Part shown: piece after piece, positions 11,094 to 20,802 of the stretch
Layout of the letters: each line of letters starts with the position of its first letter
Position numbering within the stretch: the stretch's first letter is position 1
Source: Vicugna vicugna
Lineage: Eukaryota
NCBI GenBank assembly: GCA_013265495.1
Contig: MU061538.1
Span: 1 to 64,000, forward strand
Direction: 5' to 3'
Length of the DNA stretch: 64,000 bases
Program-made: the position numbers and the translations under genes
Notes under the pieces: model-generated
What the model was told of the DNA's origin: nothing
Databases searched by the model: none
The model's input: the letters and a program-made list of their open reading frames with translations, nothing else

Positions 11094-11330
11094 CCCGCCT
11101 CCTAGCAACCGGCAGGCCGGGCAGCGAGCGCCGAACGACCGCCGGCCCGGCATGCCCCGCGGCGGCCCCCAGCGCGCTTGCGCCTCCCCGCCTCCCAGCA
11201 ACCGGCAGGCGGGGCAGCGGAGCGCCGAGCGACCGCCGGCCCGACGTGCCCCGCGGTGTCCCCCAGCGCGCCTGCGCCTCCCCGCCTCCTAGCAACCGGC
11301 AGGCGGGGCAGCGGAGCGCCGAGCGGCCGC
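11094..11330. repeat. 93-94 bp tandem repeat, ~2.5 copies, in the DYNC2I1 promoter
   Basis: Copies start at 11094, 11187 and 11281 with cccgcctcc(t/c)agcaaccggcaggc. Confidence 0.92.
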
Positions 11331-12289
11331 AGCCCCGGGACGGCCGCGCGGCCCAGAGGGAGGGGCGCGGAAGGGAGTCCTGCCCATGGTGTTCGGTTCC
11401 GGGCGTCCTGAGGGCGCGGGGTCTCCCCCCGGTCGGGGACTCTAGATGCGGGGACAGAGCTGGGCCGGGCCCGCGGGCCGCCGGCAGCACCGCAGCTGCA
11501 GCGGGGAAGCTGAAGCGCGGCCGCGGGCCCGGCGGCGGCGGAGTGAGCTTCCGCCCACTTTCCCTCGTGTTTGATGGGACACGCCCTGCTAGGCTGGTGG
11601 GACTCAACAGTATTTGAAACAGTCACTGTTGAAAGATTCAGGTTTTATACAAAACAAGAGACAGAGGACTGAAATACTGAGACACATTCTTCCTCTCAGG
11701 TTTATTTTTACCACAACCGTGTTTATTTGAAGTTTAAAAGCCAGCCCAAGACTGAAGAGGTGTGGGTCCCAGTCGGGTGATGCGCGTTCTAACTGACACT
11801 TAGCTCTGTTTCTGCAGACTGTCAATGTTCCTTGAAGAGTGCACTTAACGTTGGGGGGTGGGTGTGGAGAAGGGGAGACAGACCGGGAGGGGGAGGCTGT
11901 CAAGTCCTGCGCTAAGGAGCAGCCGGGGAGTGTGTTATCAGGGGTCTCTGATTTTGATATCACGGTTTTTCTGTAGATGCACATTTTGCAGACGTTGTGT
12001 TGTTGAGTCACATACTATTAGGAACCAGTTTACGGTTTATGCATCTGTCTGCTTTGCTCCGGACGTAAAAGCCATTTACTCAGCTCCTTGCCTTAGAGAA
12101 ATTAAACACAGATCCAAGAAGCCTTTGTATTTAATTGACCTCTGCACTACTACCTTTTTCATTTTCACTCAGCAGCACTTAGGAAGGACGCAAACAGTAA
12201 AGGGGGTTATGAAAGGTAATTTCAGTGATAGCTACTATTAATTTAGGAACTGCTCCCAAAGGAGGCACCACACTAACACTTTCCACTTG

Positions 12290-12450
12290 GTAATTCATTT
12301 AATTCTTACAGCTGTCCTGTGAGGTAGGCTTGTTGCTGTTTTCCAGATGAGGAGGCTGAGGCTGAGAAAGAATAATTCAGTTGCCTAAGCTCACACAGCT
12401 AGGGTGGTGGATGGTCTGATGCCAGAGTCCATTCTCTTAACCACTGTGTC
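12290..12450 (-). mobile_element. MIR SINE fragment
   Basis: cagatgaggaggctgaggctgaga...gctcacacagctag resembles the reverse MIR core. Confidence 0.7.
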
Positions 12451-13291
12451 ACTCTTTGTCAGCTGAAAACAACTGATACTGAAAAAGCTTCAGACTGTTG
12501 ACTGTAAGGATAAAGTCACCAGCCGCAGTATTAGAGCAAGTCACAAGCGGAGGCTGCTGGCATGACCTGAACCCTCTCCCTCCCCTCCCCAGTGCAGTCT
12601 CAAGCTCCAGTCAACATCCCTGTGTCTTGATTCTGTTTTTCTTCCACTCCAGCCCCTACCAGCCTATCCTCCTCCTTTGCAGGTAGCAGTCCAGTAGGTG
12701 ACTCTTGCATCACTCCCTGCTTGTCCCCACCTGGCTCTCACCCCGTTCCCCAAATGCACCGTATTCACAGGGCTTTGCAAATGCTGTCTCCTTCTCACCA
12801 TCCCCACCGTATTGGCCAAATAAATGTCAATGTTCCGAGGAAGTGAAAAAATCTTTCTCTCCTCAGACTTCTTAAAACAATTCTTTTCTAAGTAGCTCAT
12901 TTGCCCCTCGCATCTTACCTTGTGATATCCCTTTATCACCTCTATTCATCTGAGGACATGGGGACTGGTAGAGTGCTGGAGACAGCTCCATGAACGCAGC
13001 CTGGACCTCTAGCCCTCACAACTGCCTGGAGGGAGATGTGTGTGAACCGCTGTGGAAGAATGTGAGTGTGAGGGCTCCTCGTATGATGCAGTGAGTGGGA
13101 AGTGACAGGCTCTGTCTGGAAGAAAGGAATGAGGTCGGGAAGGGCCTCACTTCAGGTGGGCCTTGAAGCACAAATCACCCACCAGGCAGAGAGACACAGA
13201 GAGCATTTTAGGGGAAAAGGAATATGGGTGCAAGTCTGAGGGAGGAGGGAGGGTCTGGAGGGTGCAGGAAATGGGATAGCTGTGTCTATAA

Positions 13292-13606
13292 CAGTGCTGT
13301 CCAGCAGAAATACAATGCGACCCACAGGGCTGATTATAAATTATCTGGTAGCCACATTTTTTAAAGTGAAAGGACACAGATTAAATCAAATTTAATCATA
13401 TATTGTACTTAACGAAATATACACAAAATGTTATCATTTTGTCACATAAAATATATTTAAAATATTGAGTTGTTTTATACTTTTTTTGTACTCTCCTTGA
13501 AATCCAGTATGTACTTTATCCTGACAGCACATCTCAGTTCAGATGAGCCCCATTTACAGTGCTCAGAGCCCCATGCGGCCAGTACCTTCCCTATGGGAGG
13601 TGCAGG
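13292..13606. mobile_element. MER3/MER33-like hAT-Charlie DNA transposon
   Basis: Starts cagtgctgtccagcagaaata; internal gtagccacat and cagcacatctcagttcaga motifs typical of this family. Confidence 0.65.
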
Positions 13607-14139
13607 ACTACAGCAGAGGGTGTGTGAGTGGGGGTGGGGGGCATGCGGTGGGTGGGAAGGCTGGAAAGGGGACAGGGCCAATTTGTAAAGGGCCTTGAAT
13701 GGCATGGTGTCCAGGTTTGAAGAGTTAGGTTGGGCAGTGATGTTCTTCACATGGGAGAGGAGGCTGTGTTTCTGGCGGATGGCTGGGCGGCTGGGGAACT
13801 CCCGAAGCCCAGAGACAAGGCGGGAGGCTTGGTGGGCTTTGTGTGGGTGCTCCCCTGCTGGGGGTCCTGTCCCTTTCTCTCCACCAGCTTCAGCCCTGCT
13901 CACCCCGGAGCCTCCACTGCTCCGTCGGCATCCGATTGGTTTGTCACAGTTCCCCGTATCCTCTTCCCTGTAATTTAAAAATGTCCAACTTCCTCACTAG
14001 ACTGTAAACCTGCACAGTTGCAGGTTGTGATAAAAACAAAACTTCCCCCCGACCCCTCGCCGTAATAAACAACTTTGTTACAAAAGCCACGTAAGGATAG
14101 TGTCACTGTAGAGTGTGGGTGTGACACAAAACCTAAAAC

Positions 14140-14340
14140 CTGGTGAGGAGTCTGCGTGTCTGAGCTCCCGTCACTAGCAGCGTGCTTTACTGCCCGGTGC
14201 TTCCGTGAGCTCCCCGGTGAAGGTGGGAATTACCAGGTACCTGCTCTGTGGGGACTGAGAGGGTTAAAGGAGTAATTCTGTTAAGTCCCAAGCACTTTGT
14301 GCCTAGTGCAGACTGAACATTCAATAAATGTTAGTTATGA
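14140..14340 (+). mobile_element. MIR SINE fragment
   Basis: Ends gcactttgtgcctagtgcaga...ttcaataaatgttag, typical of a MIR/L2-type 3' end. Confidence 0.55.
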
Positions 14341-14539
14341 ATGCTTTTTTTTATTACTATTGCTACCATTATCTGAATTATAAGCATTTAGAGCAGGTGG
14401 AAATGGGTGGGGTACCACAATCATAGCCTTCATTTGTAAATTCATAAATTATCTGTTGTCGTGTGAAAGGAATTGGAGCCCTTTCTGGAATTTCAGAGAG
14501 CCCATCAACACGTCTTTCTTATCTCAACTCACAGGGAGA

Positions 14540-15050
14540 CTGTGGTGGAGAACCCCAGTGCCCCTCAAGTCCACGGTCTCCCGTGGTCTACTCTCCTCCA
14601 GTGTGAGCAGACCTGTGAATGTGATTGAACTTCAGTCCATGACTAGCCTACTGATGACCTAAGTCAGAGGGAGATTATCCTGAATGGGCCTAACTAACAT
14701 TAAAAGGAGGTGACATGTCAGAAAGTCACTGCTGCAGTCCTGGGAGAGGAGAAAGCAAACGGCCATGACAGAAGGGGCCACGTGGAGACAGCTGAGGGGG
14801 ACCCCGATGTCCACCTACAAAAACTGGGACCTGAGTCCTACAGGCTCAATGAGGCTGGGAGATGATGTCAGGTGAGCGTCCCCAAGGAGACCATAGTTCA
14901 GCCAACACCTGCCTTGCCTTACTAGGCCCGAGCAGAGGACCCAGCGAGGCTGCGCAGACAGCATCTTCATCATTGGCAAACACTGAAGTGGGGCCTGCGA
15001 CTCGGTGCGTGGCTTCCGCGGGGAACTCTACTATGTACCAGGTAATTGAG
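14540..15050 (+). mobile_element. MLT1 (ERVL-MaLR) LTR remnant
   Basis: cctgtgaatgtga, gggagattatcctgaatgggcctaa and gagcagaggacccagc motifs. Confidence 0.6.
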
Positions 15051-17018
15051 ACCTCCCCCACGAACATCAGGCGCCCTTCACGGGCACGGAGCTGCCGCAG
15101 GGGCTCCTGAGGGCTGAGCTGTATCAGTGGATAAGTTGCATCGTGGAGACGAGCATGAGGTGCAGACAGGATTAACTCACCACCACAAAAGGCTTCCCAG
15201 AGGAGGAGACACACAAACTGGGCTCTGAAAGATGCTCAGGAGTTTTGCGACAGAGAGAGACCATGGCACAGTGTGTTGAGCGTGCGCAGCAGCGGGACAG
15301 CCAGGCACGGACCCCGGACCCCAGACCCCAGGAGGGAGAGGAGCTCTGTTTGCAGTGCACAGGAGCTTTAAGTGCACGGTAGAAGCAAAGTAAACTACAG
15401 TTCTTAAGCAGGGAGGGGAATTAATCAAATCTGCATTTAAATTGGTCATTTGATAGAAATAGGGACTTTTAGAAATAATTTTGGAAATAATTTCACATTT
15501 AGGTGACTATGTGAGTACAAAGAACTCCTTTGTCTCCATCACCCGGACCCCCACTGTCAGCCTCACCAACGCTTGCTCCCACTAGCCTGTCACCTGTCTG
15601 TCCTTTACTGTCTATGTGCACACACTTACATAAGTCGTCTTCTAAATCACTTGACAAAGAGCTTCAGATATGGTTACCTATCACCCTGAAACAGTCCAGC
15701 ACCTATTTCCCCCAGACAAGGACAACCTCCACCCCACAACCCTCCCAGTCAAGAAGTAAACAGCGACCAACTCTGCTGTCTAATCCACAGACTGTCCCCC
15801 AAACACTCAGGAACTTACACTGCATGCAGTTTTACATTGCATTCAGTCTCCTGGGACCTGGAGAAACTTCAGTTTCTCAGTAAAAAACCAGGGGGCCCCT
15901 AACACCGCATCTCTGCATGAGTTCCCAGCCACACATGGATCCAACTTCCTGGCAGAAGTGCCCCAGAAATGCTGCTGGGCTCCTCTCAGCACAAAGAATC
16001 AGGTCTCAAAAACTAACCTGGTTCCCCCCACCCGCCACTGGCAACAGGTAGCTGGGTCCTGACTGCCAGCTTTTCCCTTTGTGATTGATATGTCCCTTGT
16101 AGCAGGTGTTAGAACCTCCCCCTGCCATCCTTGGCCTCCACTGATCACTCACCTGGCACTGTGATGACCGCTAAATGGAGGTTTTGTTTCCATCACATTT
16201 CCCGGGCACTCTTGGCTCACTCATTCACTGACATCCGTAAGGACTCAAGGATCCTGCTTTACTCACTGGGCTGTAATCGACTAATATTGCCCTTGATTTT
16301 GCTGCTCAAATGATCCCCGGCTTAATAATTGGGTGCCCCTCTCATTGTCTCCAGTGTTCTTTGATGTCATGTGACTCTTGGAGCATTTTCTTACTTTCTG
16401 GCACAAAAAAGACTTCAGGCTCATCCTGCAATTTCCCCGCTCTAGCCCAGAAGTCAACTATTTCTCCAGAGATCCTGCTTCCCGTCACTGGGGAATGGTA
16501 TTTAGAAGTAAGATCAGGAACTACTTGTCTGTCCATCTGTGCACATACATCAAAACACACTCGTTTATACTCCCTCCAATTCCAATCCAACACTTCACGG
16601 CTCTTTCTAGCTTCCCCCTTTCCATGCTTATGAGCCCACCAATGGCAAGAAACCTGATTTCATTATGTTCGCTGTGTGTGTGTCTATTTGCAAGTACAAC
16701 CAGGCTGACTAGTCACTAGTGCTAGGCCCACTACTGGTCCTCTGTGCCGGGGAGGGAAGGTCTCCAAGGAGATTTTAAAGCAGGCATAATTTAAGGGATA
16801 ACAATCAACTCAGAAAATTTCGTAATAAGCTTAGCAAGCCAGAAAGGACCAAGCCTTTTCTGATCCCTACAGACGTACAGAACAGAGACCTGCTTGGGTG
16901 GCTCAGGTGAAGAGCGTGTGGTGGTGTCACTTAAGAAGCATCTCAGAAACCCAGGACCAGGAGTCTGCACGAGTTTGGGCAAAATGACTCTGCTTGCCTC
17001 CTAAAAATTCTCGTTGAT

Positions 17019-17451
17019 CATCTGCCTCTACAAGAATTATGTCAGGAGCCACTGCAGCTGCTGACCTTCAACACCCCCTAAGAGGAGCTCCGGGCAGAGA
17101 TCAGAATGCTGTGCTCTGGGAAAGCTGGCAGAACAGGCCTACAGATAGTTAGAGATTTTCAGAAGATTTTATGAGCCCAAATTCTTGTGTCTCTTCATAT
17201 CTGGAAAAGCACTGAAATCACTAACGGGGACACCTGCTTCTCGGGACCAGCAGCACGTGTGCTGCCTAAACGTGTGCTGACCGCATGTCCCTCCAGCTTC
17301 CCCAGGACCGTGTGCACTCACCTCCCCCGCATCCTGGAGCAGCCTCAGAGCCACCTGAGACCCTGTCTCCCGGGGCAGAGTCCTCATTTGCCACAAATAA
17401 AACTTAACTCACAGCTCTCACACTGTGCTTTTTTTTTTTATTCAGTTGACA
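17019..17451 (+). mobile_element. ERV solo LTR, copy A
   Basis: cagatagttaga...aataaaacttaactcacagctctcac...cagttgaca; poly(A) signal and CA terminus; homologous to 51929-52357. Confidence 0.75.
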
Positions 17452-19425
17452 GCAGCATAAAAGCAGAGAAGCAGACTGTGCCCCCACCCTCTGCAATGAC
17501 ACCTGGGCAGAGGTTGGGGGGTGGATAGGGAAGAGGGAAGGGGGAGGGGTGGGTGGAATAGCTGACAGGTCCCCAGTCCCAGGTGGGAGGGGAATCCAAG
17601 ACAAAGCAGAACAGGCTGAACTGAAACGGAAGGCAGCACTCTTCTCTGAAACTGGACAGGCCGAGTGCAGAGGCTGAAACTTCATTCTTCTGACCAGAAC
17701 ACTCACACTGATGCTCATCTCTCTTCTGGGAAAGCAGGGCCTTTCATTGGAAAATCATCCATTTAGAAGGTAAGGAAAGAGGTAACATAAAGAGGCCACA
17801 GGAGATTTGGGGTACAGAGTAAAATGCTGGCAAAACCCCAAGAGCTGGGCTGGGCCTGGCATTTGACTCGGTGCGGGGAGATGGGTTCTGCCTTGTGGGA
17901 AGTGGCCAGAAGTTCAGTGGGGTCACAAAGGTGGCAGAGGCTTGAGGCTGACTGGGGACAACACTGGCCTGTCTGTCTCTTGGGTGTACCTGACATCCCC
18001 AGGCCCCCAGGTCAAAGGCTTCATCACAGACACACAGGACTTCTCCTGGGACATGTGTTCACCCAAGTCTTTATCCATAGGATGTGATTCAACAGCTCTT
18101 TAGAGGAAGGATCACATGACAGAAAGGCTCATGCATGCTCCTTCCTGTGTTAACGAGGCAATTACTTGTTTTGAGTTGTGATTCGGTCTTGAGTGAAAGG
18201 TGGCATTAGAGCATCAAGTTGCTGCCTGAAAAGGGATGAGAGGCACCAATTTACGTATTTACAACTTACATAATGTAATTTGGGGAAGAGCAAGAAAAGG
18301 AAAACAACTTCCTTCGCTTGCTTGAGGTTTAGTGCCCTTGCCCAAAGTTGAGTGTTCTAGCCCCTAGAGTTTATCTGATACATATTTATCTGCATAGCCA
18401 CACACACACACACGCACACATGTGCACACAGTATGTACCGACTCAAATGGGGGAGGGGAGGCATGGTTTATGTATTCAGCACCTGCTGTGCCAGGCACTG
18501 TGCTGTACTGAAGATGTGATAACGGACATAATAAATATGGTTCTTGTCCTCATGGTCTTAGAGCCTAGTTGAATTACTAATGAGACTTTGGCAAAGCTAC
18601 CAATGCATGCAAATGCTTCCCACACCCAAAGGTTCATGCGAGCAGTAAGTCTTTTGCTGGCTGCGTCTAACAGGGCTGTGACTGCAGTTAGTCTTTAGCT
18701 GTAGTTCTTCTTCAACTTAACAGGCTTTTTCTCTTCTGTCTGCACAGCAAAGTGGCCTGTGGGACATAACAGTTTTATCCTGTAAATGCCAGGCTCTGCC
18801 CCTGCAACTACTGCATAGTTGTCATTTTCCAGAATCCAAACAATATAGCAGAGAAGGGCCATGTGACATGAACACGTCCATCAAGAACTTAAAAACACAT
18901 ATGCAAGCTACATTTCTCTCCAGTAATCCCTGTTCTCCTGAAGGTGATCATTCAAGGCTGCCAGCAACACAAAGACTTGAAGAGTATTTGGGGGATGGGG
19001 AACTAGCCCTCTTGTTATAAACTGAATTAAAATATCCTTGGAACTCACTAAATACGCTTATAAACACTGACCTAGACTGTCCTCTGCAACTGTTTGGCTT
19101 TAAGTAGCCTATAGAACAAATACAATTACTAGCTACTTTGCCAGAAACCAGTGATGGAGAGCTGTCTATGCTTCTGGGAAGCCGCGGGCAGGTGCCAGCA
19201 CCTGCGGGAGAAGCTGCCGTGTGCACCTGTAGGGCAGGTTCAGCAGCCCCGCACCCAGGGCACATCCAGACGGGCGACCACCCAGGAGCCTAGCGGTCGT
19301 ATTTTCATGTCTCCAAGACGGCTGGGGGTTCTGGATGCTGCGGGCTGTCCGCATGCCTGGAAACGCACACCAGGCTTTACGGCCCACAGAATCTATGATT
19401 TTTAATATCTTAAAAGTACCTGAAA

Positions 19426-19831
19426 CATATGTGGAATCTTAAAAAAAAAAAAAAGACGAACTTATTTACAAAACAGAAACAAACTCACAGCCATAGCAAA
19501 CAAACATACGGTTACCAGGGAGGGAAGGGGGTGGGAAGGGATAAATTGAGAGCTCGAAATTTGCAGATACTGACTAATAAATATAAAATAGGTAAACAAG
19601 TTCATATTGTATAGCACAGGGAACCATAGTCAGTATCTTGTAACCTACAGTGAAAAAGAACATGTGGACGAGTGTGTGTATGTGCCTATGTGACTGAAGT
19701 ATTGTGCAACATTGTAAACTGACAGTACTTCTATAAAAATATATTACGCTGAACACTGGAATTTGACACAACATTGTAAAATGATTATAAATCAATAAAA
19801 ATGTTAAAAATATATATATATTAAAAAAAAA
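19426..19831 (+). mobile_element. L1 3' end with a second short L1 3' end nested in its tail
   Basis: atatgtggaatct...acttatttacaaaacagaaac...tatagcacagggaac 3' UTR motifs; a second terminus gctgaacactggaatttgacacaac...caataaaaatgttaaaaa at ~19748-19810. Confidence 0.85.
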
Positions 19832-20268
19832 CTGGGATTGATCTAAAAAAAAAAAGAAGTACCCGAAACAGTAACTTTCTAAAATTTGGCAAATACAACA
19901 CAATCGCAGGACAGTGCGCCCCTCCTTTCACGCTAACCCCGCAGGAACCGGGGCCCAGGAGCCAGCACCGTCCCCACGCCCCTGGGCGGACACCAGAACC
20001 GGGTAACCCACCCCTCCCCCTCCCCCCTCCCCTGGGGCCCGCCCACACGAACACGTCACGGCGGCAACGCCCACCCTGCGCGAAGGCATACAGCGGCCCC
20101 GCCCACCGTGGCTTAGGGGCACTCCGCCAGCCAGCGCGACGACTGCACGGCGGCCACGCCCATCCCACCTCAGGGGCGCGTTCCCTGTGAGGTGCCACCC
20201 ACGCCGGCCCCGCCCACCCTAGATGACACCACACAGCGGCACCGCCCACTCCCGCCGCGGCGGTGGGA

Positions 20269-20276
20269 TGACGTCA
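20269..20276. promoter_or_regulatory. Palindromic CRE (CREB/ATF site)
   Basis: Perfect TGACGTCA in the CpG island ~220 bp upstream of the ESYT2 ATG. Confidence 0.65.
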
Positions 20277-20377
20277 CACGCTGGCCCCTGCGCACCCCGC
20301 GTTGGGCGGTGCCCACGCAAAGGGCCACGCCCGGCCGCGGCCCGGGCCCCGCGGCGCCGCCGCCCCGCCCTGCGTGC

Positions 20378-20385
20378 TGACGTCA
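20378..20385. promoter_or_regulatory. Palindromic CRE (CREB/ATF site)
   Basis: Perfect TGACGTCA ~110 bp upstream of the ESYT2 ATG, next to a CGCCCCGCCC GC box. Confidence 0.68.
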
Positions 20386-20490
20386 CGCGGCGCCGCGGGC
20401 GGGGCGGCAGTACGGTCCCCTCAGAGGGGCGCTGGCGCGCTGGCTGAGGCGCGTCGGCCGGGACCGGCGGGATCGCTGCGCGGCGGGGCG

Positions 20491-20802
20491 ATGAGCGGCG
20501 CCCGGGCTCCGGGCCCGGCGGCCGGCGCTGCCGGGGACGAGCCCCCCGGTGCGGCGCTGAGCGTGGACGTGGCCGGGCTGCTGGCACAGCTGGCGCGCAG
20601 CTTCGCGTTGCTGCTGCCGGTGTACGCGCTCGGCTACCTGGGCCTGAGCTTCAGCTGGGTGCTGCTGGCGCTCGGGCTGCTCGTGTGGTGCCGCCGGAGC
20701 CGCGGCCTCAAGGCCACCCGCCTGTGCCGCGCGCTGGCGCTGCTGGAGGACGAGGAGCGCGCCGTGCGCCTGGGGGTGCGCGCCTGCGACCTGCCCGCCT
20801 GG
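20491..20802 (+). CDS. ESYT2: Extended synaptotagmin-2 exon 1 coding part (104 codons, includes the hydrophobic ER hairpin anchor)
   Basis: MSGARAPG...LLAQLARSFALLLPVYALGYLGLSFSWVLLALGLLVWCRRSRGLK...ACDLPAW|gtgagt; phase 0. Confidence 0.95.

Larger units (their letters stand above)
10850..11560 (-). promoter_or_regulatory. CpG island promoter/5' UTR of DYNC2I1
   Basis: Very high GC and CpG density around the MEPGK start; GC boxes, CCTAGCAAC X-box half-sites and GCGC(C/T)TGCGC NRF1-like sites. Boundaries approximate. Confidence 0.85.

Noticed and set aside
10831..11626. Long Arg/Pro/Gly-rich ORFs on both strands (also 20219-21425)
   Set aside because: Expected stop-codon scarcity in CpG islands; only the DYNC2I1 and ESYT2 exon-1 frames have supporting evidence.
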